A stretch of 64,000 nucleotides of DNA, taken from contig CAZTQB010000005.1 in NCBI GenBank assembly GCA_964615775.1, positions 1,950-65,949 of the forward strand, given 5' to 3'. This document shows, in pieces, positions 27,525 through 36,928 of the stretch. The DNA comes from an uncultured Candidatus Saccharibacteria bacterium. GTDB taxonomy: Bacteria; Patescibacteriota; Saccharimonadia; Saccharimonadales; 2-12-FULL-41-12. How positions within the stretch are numbered: the stretch's first letter is position 1; every line of letters starts with the position of its first letter. The position numbers and the translations under genes are program-made. The notes beneath the pieces are model-generated. The model searched no databases. It was not told the DNA's origin and saw only the letters and a list, made by a program, of their open reading frames with translations.

Positions 27525-29180
27525 ATGAAAGTAAAACGAGATTTAATAGTTTATCTCATCGCTAGTTTAGTTTTTTTGACTGGTGTAAGTTATCTATATT
27601 TTGTAATTGCAAGCATAAGAGAAAGAGAATTATCGCTTGTAATCGGCTTGCCTATTCACTATACACTAATTGGGCTTGGCTTAATTTACTTATCTCTAAG
27701 CTTGTACAAAAGACTTTATCGAGCTTGGTTAATTACGGTTGCATTGTTAGTATTTGCGATATTTAGTGAGCTTTTTTTTGCAGTTAAGTACAAAGAGTAT
27801 TGGGACTTAATCTTTTTGATTATACTTACTGGTTTGACTATTGTGTGTAAGAATGAGTTTAAAGCACAGTCTGAAAAACCAAAAATCTGGAGCAGCTTAA
27901 GTATTAGCGTTGGTTTAATTTTAATTGCTGTAATTTATGGCACAATAGGTTTTTTGCAGTTTAATAGCACCGAACATGGCTCTGGACTAAGTGTTAAGGA
28001 TGCTGCTTACGAAACAGTAAAAGTTATTACTTTTACTAATGATCGGCCAATTATTACCCATAAACATAGTCGCTCAGCTAGGACGTTTGTGCTTAGTCTT
28101 CAGACCGTTGGCTTATGCAGTATTATTATGGCTGTTTGGACACTACTTAAGCCACTTGCTTATCGTTACCAAGAAGACGAATATAAATTAGACAAAGCTC
28201 GTGAGATTGCCGAGACTTATGGTGGTTCGAGTGAAGACTTTTTTAAATTTTGGCCAAACGATAAAGATTATATCTATAGTGACGACAACTCTGCGTTTAT
28301 TGCATATAAGGTTCGCCGTGGAACTGCAATGGCAGTTGGAAATCCAGTTGGCAATCCTAAAGCCTATGAAAACGTAATCAATAATTATATAAATTTTTGT
28401 GAGAAACACGCATTTACACCTAGTTTTGTGCATGTTAGCGATAAATTAAAAAATCTGTATCAGAAGCTAGGGTTTAATTTGCAAAAGATTGGCGAAGAGG
28501 CAGTAGTTGATGCCGAAAAGTTCGTAGAAGAAACGGCACGAAATAAAAACTGGCGGAATGTAAAAAATCGATTTGAAAAACAGGGTTATAAATTTGAAAT
28601 GCGTTTACCGCCACACAGCACTACTTTCCTAGATGAGATAAAGCGGATTTCAGATGATTGGTTAGAGTCTCCAGGCCGAACTGAGAGAGGCTTTGTGTTG
28701 GGATATTTTGACGAAGAATACCTCAGTAACTGCGAGATTGGAGTATTGAGTAATGAAGAGAGTCAACTGGTTGGCTTTGTGAACTTAATAGAAAGTTTTG
28801 ACGATACTGAGGCCAATATGGACCTATTCCGGCAGCGTGAAAAATCACTAACCAACACGACAGATTATATGATGTATTCATTAATTTTTGAATTGCAAAC
28901 TAGGGGCTGCAAGAAATTTAATTTAGGTCTATGTCCACTAGCAGGCATGAATGATGAAGATGAAGGAGGAACTCTTAGTAAAGCACTAAGCTTGATTTAT
29001 AACTTTGGCGGCAAGCTCTATTCATTTAAGGGCCTGTATAGATTTAAGTCCAAGTTTGATCCGGATTGGCGAGATAGCTACATTGCTTATAAATCAAGTG
29101 CTATTGGTATTTTAAAGATTGCTCAAAGCTTGAGCGTAGCCATGAAGGTGGATAATGCAAAACTACCTAGAAAAAAATAA
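27525..29180 (+). CDS. Aminoacyl-phosphatidylglycerol synthase (MprF-like, DUF2156 domain)
   Basis: 'EDFFKFWPNDKDYIYSDDNSAFIAYKVRRGTAMAVGNPVG' and 'FNLGLCPLAG...YSFKGLYRFKSKFDPDW' match the MprF synthase domain. The N-terminal ~200 aa has about 6 TM, a shorter membrane part than classical MprF. Confidence 0.8.
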   Translation: MKVKRDLIVYLIASLVFLTGVSYLYFVIASIRERELSLVIGLPIHYTLIGLGLIYLSLSLYKRLYRAWLITVALLVFAIFSELFFAVKYKEYWDLIFLIILTGLTIVCKNEFKAQSEKPKIWSSLSISVGLILIAVIYGTIGFLQFNSTEHGSGLSVKDAAYETVKVITFTNDRPIITHKHSRSARTFVLSLQTVGLCSIIMAVWTLLKPLAYRYQEDEYKLDKAREIAETYGGSSEDFFKFWPNDKDYIYSDDNSAFIAYKVRRGTAMAVGNPVGNPKAYENVINNYINFCEKHAFTPSFVHVSDKLKNLYQKLGFNLQKIGEEAVVDAEKFVEETARNKNWRNVKNRFEKQGYKFEMRLPPHSTTFLDEIKRISDDWLESPGRTERGFVLGYFDEEYLSNCEIGVLSNEESQLVGFVNLIESFDDTEANMDLFRQREKSLTNTTDYMMYSLIFELQTRGCKKFNLGLCPLAGMNDEDEGGTLSKALSLIYNFGGKLYSFKGLYRFKSKFDPDWRDSYIAYKSSAIGILKIAQSLSVAMKVDNAKLPRKK

Positions 29181-29799
29181 TCGACTAGCATCATACTTTG
29201 CAGTGGCGTATTTTGGGCTTACTTTTTATTGGGTGTTGGCTTTTTGGCTTAATCATGACCATTCAGCAGTTCATGACTATATAAGCGACCTATTTGTAGC
29301 TAGTAATCCGTATAGCTGGCTTTTTAGAATTCTGGAGGTTATTTCTGGTATGGTTTTATGCTTGGCGGTATATTTTTCTAAAACTTTATATAATGTTTCT
29401 AAATCGTCATTAATTTTGATAAAACGTTCGTTTATGGCGATAGGTATAATGATAATTTTTGATGGAATTGTAATCAGTAACTGTACAAAAAGTGAGATAT
29501 TGTGCGGCGGTACATACCTACAAGACACATTAAGTATTCTACATGCCCTAGAAAGCATAATTGTAGCCAGTCTTATGATTTGGTTGGGCTACTATATATA
29601 TAAGAAATCAACTAATTATCTAAAGTTTTTTGCTGTGATATTTATTATATTAGCCCTTGGAGGTTTATATCATTGTTATAATTTTGGTGATGGGCCAATT
29701 AACGGAGTTGTGCAAAGAGTATTTGGATTTGTTTTTGGCGTTTTGGTGTTACTGGTATTTTTAAACTTTAGCCATAAGTCTACTAAAAAAATTCCCTAA
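29155..29799 (+). CDS. Hypothetical polytopic membrane protein (DUF998-like?)
   Basis: 214 aa with about 6 TM. Its start overlaps the end of the MprF-like gene. Confidence 0.45.
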   Translation: MQNYLEKNNRLASYFAVAYFGLTFYWVLAFWLNHDHSAVHDYISDLFVASNPYSWLFRILEVISGMVLCLAVYFSKTLYNVSKSSLILIKRSFMAIGIMIIFDGIVISNCTKSEILCGGTYLQDTLSILHALESIIVASLMIWLGYYIYKKSTNYLKFFAVIFIILALGGLYHCYNFGDGPINGVVQRVFGFVFGVLVLLVFLNFSHKSTKKIP

Positions 29800-29831
29800 A
29801 CTGTTATTTTTATATACACTATTAAATAGGT

Positions 29832-30449
29832 ATGAGTAGGTTAAAAAAATTTCGCAAAGATCAAATTATCTTATATCAAGGCGAAGCAACACCTAACATT
29901 TACAAGATAAAGTCTGGACTTGTTAAGTGCTACACCACACTTGACAATGGTAACGAGGCAATTATTTCATTATTTGGTCCAGGTGATTATTTTCCAGTTG
30001 TGGCCAATATTGAGAATCTGTTTTCTTATTTTTATCATGAGACTATGGACGATACTGAAGTAGAGTTGCTTCGTTCTGACGATTATGCGGCGATGCGAGA
30101 TAAGCCAGGTATGCTGAATGAACATCATATTAAATATCTAGGAGCCTTATTTCATGTCAATGCTCTTGTGCAGCCGACTGCTTACGAAAAGCTGGCACAC
30201 ACACTCAGATATTTAGCTATTCGTTTTGGTGAAGATATGCCTATTAAGAGGTATAGACGGGTCAAGATTAAGCTAACGCAGCAAATACTTGCTAATATCG
30301 CTAACATTTCCAGAGAAACCGCTAGCTTGGAACTAAATAAATTGAAAAAACAAGAAATTATAATCGAAAAAAACAAGTTTTACTTAGTTGATTTGGCAAT
30401 AGTTACTACTATCATTGGTGATGACATTGACAGCTCTATTAGTCTTTAG
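29832..30449 (+). CDS. Crp/Fnr family transcriptional regulator
   Basis: cNMP-binding-like N-terminal barrel ('ILYQGEATPNIYKIKSGLVKCY') and C-terminal HTH ('SRETASLELNKLKKQEII'). Confidence 0.7.
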   Translation: MSRLKKFRKDQIILYQGEATPNIYKIKSGLVKCYTTLDNGNEAIISLFGPGDYFPVVANIENLFSYFYHETMDDTEVELLRSDDYAAMRDKPGMLNEHHIKYLGALFHVNALVQPTAYEKLAHTLRYLAIRFGEDMPIKRYRRVKIKLTQQILANIANISRETASLELNKLKKQEIIIEKNKFYLVDLAIVTTIIGDDIDSSISL

Positions 30450-30835
30450 CCTTTACTAACTGGTAGAGACTCGCTGATAGTGTCGTTAATAATGCGTACT
30501 AATTCTTTTGGTGACGCCCAAGCTTTGAGCATATAGCGACTAGCACCCAATGATAGAACCTCGTTAATTTCATCTTTACTATCAAGGTTGCTAAAGACAA
30601 TTATGGGTATTTGGTATTCATTCTTAAAAGACTTTAAAAATTCTCGTCCGTCCATTATCGGCATGAGTAAGTCTAATAAGATTATGTTGGGTGTAAATCT
30701 TTCTAAGATATGAATTGCTTCTTTTCCGTTAAAAGCATTTTCTACCTCATAACCTTCTTTTTCAAGCAAAATACTAAATGCATCGCTTAAGGTGGGATCA
30801 TCTTCTACTAACAAAACCTTCTTAATTGCCGTCAA
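30446..30835 (-). CDS. Single-domain response regulator (CheY-like receiver)
   Basis: 'VLLVEDDP', phospho-acceptor context 'IILLDLLMPIMDG' and 'KAWASP'. No output domain. Confidence 0.85.
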   Translation of the reverse strand: MTAIKKVLLVEDDPTLSDAFSILLEKEGYEVENAFNGKEAIHILERFTPNIILLDLLMPIMDGREFLKSFKNEYQIPIIVFSNLDSKDEINEVLSLGASRYMLKAWASPKELVRIINDTISESLPVSKG

Positions 30836-30958
30836 CCTATCTACTAACCTTTCTTAAACTTATAACTTCTTTTTATATACTACTCAAAAGTAATGTGAAT
30901 CTATGCTAAGTAAATTTTAGTAAAGTAAAAAGTGTAATTCTGTTAGCTGGGATACAGA

Positions 30959-32746
30959 TTATTGGTTTGATAATTTTGCTGGAATTGACAAAATGAACTC
31001 GGATCCTCTATCATCTTCACTGATGACTTCGATACTGCCTTGATGAGCTTCAGCTAATTTTTTAGCCAAGAACAAGCCCAAGCCAGTGCCACCCTCTTTT
31101 TGGGATAATGCATTTGGTATTCTTGAGAATTTCAAAAATAATTTTTCAAAATCATTTTTGCTGATACCTACCCCACTGTCCTTTATAGAGAGTTTAATGG
31201 TCTTGTGTTTTTTACGAACATTTACGTAAATTTCGGTATCTGGATATGAGTATTTGATTGCGTTACTAAGTAGGTTTTCAATAATCATCCTCATATATTT
31301 TTTATCTATAACACAGTTAATCACCTTTGGCTTAGATGTAAACTTTGTCGTTATACGCTTTTGATTAGTCGTGTCTTTCATAGTGTCAATGATGTCCTCG
31401 GTGAGTTTGCTAATGTTAGTTTTTTCAAAGTTTATCGCCAACTGATTAATATCGGCTTTGGCCACGTATAAAATCTGATCAATAACTTCAAGCTGACGTT
31501 CATTAGACATGTGAGCCTTGAGAGCAATAGCTAGCTGCTCGTCAGTTAGTTTACCAAAGTAGCCATTAATAAGCATACTGACATATTGACGAACTCCAGT
31601 GGCTGGTGTTCTTAACTGATGCGAGGCCAGGGCTAGAAGGTCGTTCTTTGATTGCTCAACTTCATTTTTATAAACTTCCCTAACAAACCTGAAACGTTTA
31701 TTTAGGTAATTGTATATAAACCAAGCAACCATGATACTGCCGGCTAACGATATGAAAAATATTGTTATTGGATAATTAAAGATATTTTCATTGGTTGTTT
31801 TTGCATAAACCGAGATTTGCCACTTTCGACCAGCCAAATCAATTGTTTCTGATGCAATGTTACTTTTGGTCCCATTTAATTCTGAGTACGAGCCATAATT
31901 AAATAAATCTTCGACCTGATCACTAGAGGTAATATCAGAGATTTTATATTCTGTATCAGTGTCAAGATTCTTTAAGTTTGCAAAAATATCGTTGATTCGG
32001 GCGATAGCATATGTATAGCCAATCAAATTAGCTTCTCGTTGTTCTTTAGTATTATTAACAGTAACAGATCTGTATACTGGAAAGTAAATTAATAGACTCT
32101 TAGGTTTCTTGCTGTCTGCTATATCTAAATCTTGTTGCAATAAGACTGGTGCAGTCATGGAAGCTTTGTTAGTATCACGAGATTTTACCATTGCTTCATG
32201 ACGAGATTTTTCAGTGAACATATCAAAACCATAAGCATTTTTGTTGACATCATTATTTGGTTCGATGTATTGGATTGCGGTATAAAAATCTCTAGGATAA
32301 TCTGGTGTAATTTTGTAGTCTGTAAAACCCTGTGATCGCATTTTCTCTTCAAAATCATTAATTTGATCTGCGGGTACGACTCTAGCCAGACCAACACCAA
32401 GCAATGCCGGTGTTCGATGATCAATTTCTAGCGAAGATATGTATCGACTCCAATCATCTTTTGATATATTTTCAGGTTTTATTAGGCTAACCGTACCTGA
32501 GCCATTGATCAGTAGGTTCTCGTATAGCGAAAATCTATTTTGTAAATACGAGGTTAGTTTACTTTTCTCTTGGTTAACGTAGCGTGCTTTTTGGTTATTT
32601 TGTCTTATTAGGGCGTAACCATATAGTACATAAGATAAAATAACCCCTAATGCCAAGATTATGACTACCAAGATAGTAATTACTTTAGTCTCATCTTGTG
32701 ACTTTAGTTTGCGAAAAACCGATGTTGTATAACTTTTTAACTTCAC
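30959..32746 (-). CDS. Sensor histidine kinase with extracytoplasmic CHASE-like domain
   Basis: Two TM segments flank a ~280-aa sensor domain ('LLIYFPVYRS'). H-box 'LASHQLRTPATGV', N box 'LLSNAIKYS', G2 'GGTGLGLFLAKKLAEAHQG'. Confidence 0.85.
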   Translation of the reverse strand: MKLKSYTTSVFRKLKSQDETKVITILVVIILALGVILSYVLYGYALIRQNNQKARYVNQEKSKLTSYLQNRFSLYENLLINGSGTVSLIKPENISKDDWSRYISSLEIDHRTPALLGVGLARVVPADQINDFEEKMRSQGFTDYKITPDYPRDFYTAIQYIEPNNDVNKNAYGFDMFTEKSRHEAMVKSRDTNKASMTAPVLLQQDLDIADSKKPKSLLIYFPVYRSVTVNNTKEQREANLIGYTYAIARINDIFANLKNLDTDTEYKISDITSSDQVEDLFNYGSYSELNGTKSNIASETIDLAGRKWQISVYAKTTNENIFNYPITIFFISLAGSIMVAWFIYNYLNKRFRFVREVYKNEVEQSKNDLLALASHQLRTPATGVRQYVSMLINGYFGKLTDEQLAIALKAHMSNERQLEVIDQILYVAKADINQLAINFEKTNISKLTEDIIDTMKDTTNQKRITTKFTSKPKVINCVIDKKYMRMIIENLLSNAIKYSYPDTEIYVNVRKKHKTIKLSIKDSGVGISKNDFEKLFLKFSRIPNALSQKEGGTGLGLFLAKKLAEAHQGSIEVISEDDRGSEFILSIPAKLSNQ

Positions 32747-32979
32747 TTTTATTTAGAATAACAGATGAAACTCAAAAAAGTGTTAGCAAGCTCACAAAAA
32801 AATCGTTATTCATTCCATAGTCGTATGCATACCATCAGTTTATTATGGGGTTACAGACATGCGAGTTTAGAGCAGTGAACCTTAACAAAATAGCTACCAA
32901 ATGAGCAACTTCACTGTGTATGACAATTTAGAACTTTTCAAGCGAGTTGAAAAGATATTCTACTAAGGAGGGTAAAATT

Positions 32980-33132
32980 ATGAACAAATTATTTAAAAAC
33001 GATGATTTAGATATAAAAATAGCTAGCTTTCTAGCACGAAAAAGACAAGAATTCCCAGAAGTTTTTGAAGACGAGCCATATAAAGGTCGTCATCACAATA
33101 TATATCACAAATTAAAATTAAGTCACCAATAA
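32980..33132 (+). CDS. Small hypothetical protein
   Basis: ATG at 32980 is preceded by a strong AAGGAGG RBS. The 50-aa product has no motif. Confidence 0.35.
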   Translation: MNKLFKNDDLDIKIASFLARKRQEFPEVFEDEPYKGRHHNIYHKLKLSHQ

Positions 33133-33162
33133 CATTTAAACAAAGGAGTTGATTAAGCCATC

Positions 33163-33426
33163 ATGACATTAATGTCGGTTTTTGTATGGTTAATTTTTGG
33201 AGGTTTGTGTGGTTGGATTGCAGCAAGTATGACTGGCAAGAAACGTATATATGATTTACTGATTCATGTTTCTGTGGGAGTGTTTGGTGCATTAATTAGC
33301 AGTTTATTAATTATTGCGATAAATCAAAGTAGCGAGATCGTGCTAAATGTGCAAAATTTACTAATAGTAATATTTGGTGCGGTTTTATTTCTAATTATTT
33401 TTCAGACCATAAAGAAATCTTGTTAA
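33163..33426 (+). CDS. GlsB/YeaQ/YmgE family (transglycosylase-associated) stress membrane protein
   Basis: 87 aa with three TM. 'FGGLCGWIAASMTGK' is the typical family N-terminus. Confidence 0.7.
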   Translation: MTLMSVFVWLIFGGLCGWIAASMTGKKRIYDLLIHVSVGVFGALISSLLIIAINQSSEIVLNVQNLLIVIFGAVLFLIIFQTIKKSC

Positions 33427-33480
33427 ATTACCATAAAATAAAAATTAAAAAGATACGTTTTGTTTATAACGAGTACTAAA

Positions 33481-33527
33481 AAAGACCAAGCTAAAGTTTT
33501 AGTTTGGTCTTTTTTATTTTTTTAAGT
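33481..33527 (+). terminator. Rho-independent terminator
   Basis: Stem aaagaccaa / ttggtcttt with a 15-nt loop, followed by a T-run (tttttatttttt), about 55 nt after the stop of the preceding gene. Confidence 0.6.
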
Positions 33528-33564
33528 AAACTCAAAGGGATTACTTTTATTATTCAGTATAAAG

Positions 33565-34842
33565 ATGAATTACCCTAAAAATATACTTTACTTTTTTGGC
33601 TTTGCCTTAATTGTTGCTCCACTGTTTATTGTGCAACCAAAAACGGACACTCCAAGCGAAGTAATATTGTATATCTCGGCTGTTTTAGGTTATATTGGCC
33701 TCGTTTTTTTGCTAATTATGTATGGTCTTGGTTCAAAAAGTGTTGCTAGGTTGTTGTCGAATGATTTATCGCAAATTTATAAATGGCACAGTTGGCTTGG
33801 TAAATATGGCCTGTTTTTAATCTTTTTACACCCAATTTTTGCAATTCTGAGTTACGGTGAAAGTTGGCTATATATAATCTCTTTAAAAATTAGTCCTAAC
33901 TTTGATTTAGGCGTGAGCTATGGTCGTATTGCTTTTTTTGCTTTGGCTTTGGTATGGATCTTTTCAGCAGTTGTAAGGGCAAAAATTAGTTACAGGGCAT
34001 GGAAGTATATTCACTATTTAGTTTATGCTGCATTGCCGCTTAGTCTGCTTCATGTACCAATAACTGGCTCATCTTATATGCATTTATTGGCGGCAAAACT
34101 TTATTATTTAATTTTACTGTGGCTTTTTTTGATTTTTTGTATATTACGGCTCCGTAATTTTTTGAATCTCGACGGCTATAAATACCAAGTTATTTCGCAC
34201 ATTAATCCAAATTTGGATACATATATTTTGCGAATGAAACCGCTTGATTCAAATTACGCTATAAACTCAGTACCAGGTCAGTATATTTTTTTGAAATTTG
34301 GTATCTGGAGTGAAGAACACCCTTTTTCGGTTGTTGATAATAACACTAAACTTACTCTAATGTTTCGTGCATTTGGTAAATTTAGCCAGAAAATGACCAA
34401 TCTCAAGCCTGGTGATATTGTTCATTTATCGAAAGCCTATGGGCATTTTACTAATGAGATTGAAACTAAAGATCTTAAAAATATTGTATATATTGCTGGA
34501 GGAATCGGTGTCACTCCTTTTGTCCAGAGAATTTTTAATGCTAAAAATGTTTCCGAAATAAAGCTGTTTTATTGCAATCGTATGCCACAAACAGCTGGAC
34601 TTTTGAAACAACTTCGCGGTGTACTCGGAACTAATTTAGTTGAAATATATAGTGATAAAAACTCAAATCACGAGCTAAGAGTTAAGATTGATAAAAAAGT
34701 TTTACAAAAGAATTTGACTGACCCGACTACACATAATTATTTTATATGTGGTCCAAAAGATATGATGAATGATGTAAAAAATCAGCTACTTTTAGCTGGG
34801 GTATGTGATAAACAGATATTTACTGAGAACTTCTACTTCTAA
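33565..34842 (+). CDS. NOX/FRE-family flavocytochrome (ferric-reductase TM domain + FAD + NAD(P)H domains)
   Basis: 6-TM domain with paired His (HSWLGKYG.., HYLVYAALPLSLLH), FAD motif 'HPFSV', NAD(P)H motif 'GGIGVTPF', C-terminal 'CGPKDM'. Confidence 0.8.
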   Translation: MNYPKNILYFFGFALIVAPLFIVQPKTDTPSEVILYISAVLGYIGLVFLLIMYGLGSKSVARLLSNDLSQIYKWHSWLGKYGLFLIFLHPIFAILSYGESWLYIISLKISPNFDLGVSYGRIAFFALALVWIFSAVVRAKISYRAWKYIHYLVYAALPLSLLHVPITGSSYMHLLAAKLYYLILLWLFLIFCILRLRNFLNLDGYKYQVISHINPNLDTYILRMKPLDSNYAINSVPGQYIFLKFGIWSEEHPFSVVDNNTKLTLMFRAFGKFSQKMTNLKPGDIVHLSKAYGHFTNEIETKDLKNIVYIAGGIGVTPFVQRIFNAKNVSEIKLFYCNRMPQTAGLLKQLRGVLGTNLVEIYSDKNSNHELRVKIDKKVLQKNLTDPTTHNYFICGPKDMMNDVKNQLLLAGVCDKQIFTENFYF

Positions 34843-34845
34843 GTT

Positions 34846-35676
34846 TTAGCTATATATAATAATTGAGCTAAAGTCGTAGTGTTTTTTTAATGATTCTTCT
34901 AAAGATGGCTCGATAAATAATATTGTTGCTAAGCTATCAGCAACAAGAGCTGATTGTGATTGTACGAAGCTAGTTAAAACCTTGGTTCTTGATGGTCTAG
35001 AGCTTCGCGGGTCGATTATGTGATGATAAGATTTTTGATTATATTTCCAACGTCTTTTTTGCGAGCTAGATGCGGCTAAGGCACCTTTTTTTATTCTTAC
35101 ACTTCCTAAGGCTCGATTAGAGTTTCTCGGATCTTCCAGATAAAACTCTACTGCTGTTGAGTTCTGTGTATACAAATCTCCGCCACCGTTGATGATAAAA
35201 TTATCAAATCCATTATTTATTAATATCTTTTTATATACTTCTATCAACCAACCTTTGCCAAATCCACCAAAGTCCAAGGTTACATCAGCAGGAATATTTA
35301 TTTTTTTACCAGAAATAGTAGTTTTTTGCCAAAAATCAGGACTGATTGAATTCGCATAATCTTGACTACCGTAGCCAATTTTATGTAATTCTCCGCCTAC
35401 AGTTATGTTAAATAAGCCATTACTGACTTTATGCATTTGGCGGGCGAACTTCATCATCTCCACTAGCTCACTGGGTGGGTTTATTAACTCCCCTTCTCTA
35501 CACATTTGATTTAATAATGAGTCACCAATAAACCGTGAATAATTATTAGTAAATTCCTTTGTGTATTTTTGAATGTTATTTATTAACTGTTTATTTAAAG
35601 TTTTATCGTTTAAAACTTCTAGCCACCAGTGAGTTCCGATCGCTTCAAATTCATATAATCTATTAAATCCGGGCAT
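34846..35676 (-). CDS. apbE: FAD:protein FMN transferase
   Basis: ApbE-family pattern with 'DFGGFGKGWLIE' and 'HHIIDPRS'. Overlaps the upstream FMN-bind gene by 14 nt. Confidence 0.85.
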   Translation of the reverse strand: MPGFNRLYEFEAIGTHWWLEVLNDKTLNKQLINNIQKYTKEFTNNYSRFIGDSLLNQMCREGELINPPSELVEMMKFARQMHKVSNGLFNITVGGELHKIGYGSQDYANSISPDFWQKTTISGKKINIPADVTLDFGGFGKGWLIEVYKKILINNGFDNFIINGGGDLYTQNSTAVEFYLEDPRNSNRALGSVRIKKGALAASSSQKRRWKYNQKSYHHIIDPRSSRPSRTKVLTSFVQSQSALVADSLATILFIEPSLEESLKKHYDFSSIIIYS

Positions 35677-36169
35677 TACTTTCTATAGTCTGCAGGGTTT
35701 CATAAAATGCCTCTGAAGTTAACGAGGCACCACCAATCCTACTGGGTGAGATATCGGCTAGGTTTTTACCGACTGTATCACTTTTTAAGCTTTGCTTAAA
35801 ATTGTTTATATAAGTTTCAGACTCATGATCATTGTATTGGCTGGTGGTTGATATGTCGGTTATTTTATCGCTAACAATTGTAACTTTTGTAGTTAGGGAA
35901 TTGCTTTCACCATGCGGTACTTGATAATCAGTACTAACAGAATAAGTTCCGTCTTTTAGCTTGCTATCGGACGTGACAGACTTATCTGCACTAGGATTAC
36001 TAGAGGCTGCTGATGATAATGGTTGAGTTTGGCTAGTATTGTCATTAGTAGCTTGAGTGATTGAACTAGATTTTTGTTTATTGTTTAGCACTTTGTAGCT
36101 TATACCGCCACCAACCACCAATACAGCCAATATTGCAAATGTTATAAATAGCTTGTCTGATTGTTTCAT
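35663..36169 (-). CDS. Extracytoplasmic FMN-binding domain protein (predicted ApbE substrate)
   Basis: N-terminal TM/signal anchor, Ser/Thr-rich linker and a C-terminal FMN_bind-like domain with flavinylation-type motif 'SRIGGASLTSEAF' (..GA[ST]). Confidence 0.7.
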   Translation of the reverse strand: MKQSDKLFITFAILAVLVVGGGISYKVLNNKQKSSSITQATNDNTSQTQPLSSAASSNPSADKSVTSDSKLKDGTYSVSTDYQVPHGESNSLTTKVTIVSDKITDISTTSQYNDHESETYINNFKQSLKSDTVGKNLADISPSRIGGASLTSEAFYETLQTIESNARI

Positions 36170-36295
36170 GGGTTGCCTTTCATATTTATTGAAGTTAGTA
36201 GTAGTATACTGAGCTAATTCTGAAAACTAGCTTTAAGTTTTTTAAATTTTGCTTATTTGATTTATGTGCTAGATAGAAACAAACAATTCTATGGT

Positions 36296-36838
36296 CTAAC
36301 TAATATTTTTAGCTAAAGCCGTAATAGATTTACTGATTTCTTGGTCAACAAATTGCTGGTCATTGATTGCTCCGTCCCAACCAATTTTGTCACCTAGTTT
36401 AAATTGAGCAAAAGGTTCTACAATTTTCATTTTTACATTGTTGCCTACTCTGTCAAAAGTCTCTAGGGCAAACTTGCCAGCATTCGAGCCGTAAGTAACC
36501 ACAGTTACTGGCTTGTCTTTCCATTCAAAATATAGCCAATCGATAGCGTTTTTTTGAATGGCTGTCATAGAATGGTTATATTCAGGCATTACCAAAATTA
36601 TACCGTCAGATTCTTTGATTTTTTGTCGCCATGTTTCAACTTCTTTGTGATTAGTTTGAAAATGAGGTGAAGCTGGAGGGGCTGGTGCATCAAAATATGG
36701 TAGATTTATTTTATTTATATCAATAATTTCGCCTTTAAGCTCAGGATATTTCTTAATTATTTTCAAAACAAGATTCGAAACGACACTGTTTACACTATTG
36801 GGTCTGGCACTCCCGGTAATTATGGCTATTCTTTTCAT
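36296..36838 (-). CDS. NADPH-dependent FMN reductase
   Basis: 'MKRIAIITGSARPNSVNS' and 'ILVMPEYNHS' are flavodoxin-like NADPH-dependent FMN reductase motifs. Confidence 0.8.
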   Translation of the reverse strand: MKRIAIITGSARPNSVNSVVSNLVLKIIKKYPELKGEIIDINKINLPYFDAPAPPASPHFQTNHKEVETWRQKIKESDGIILVMPEYNHSMTAIQKNAIDWLYFEWKDKPVTVVTYGSNAGKFALETFDRVGNNVKMKIVEPFAQFKLGDKIGWDGAINDQQFVDQEISKSITALAKNIS

Positions 36839-36928
36839 TTTTCCTCTCCTTTGAAGCTTAATTAGTATATATTATAGGTTATGGTACTCACGATTACTAA
36901 TTTGGTAGGTTGATTAAAGAGGTGTCTT

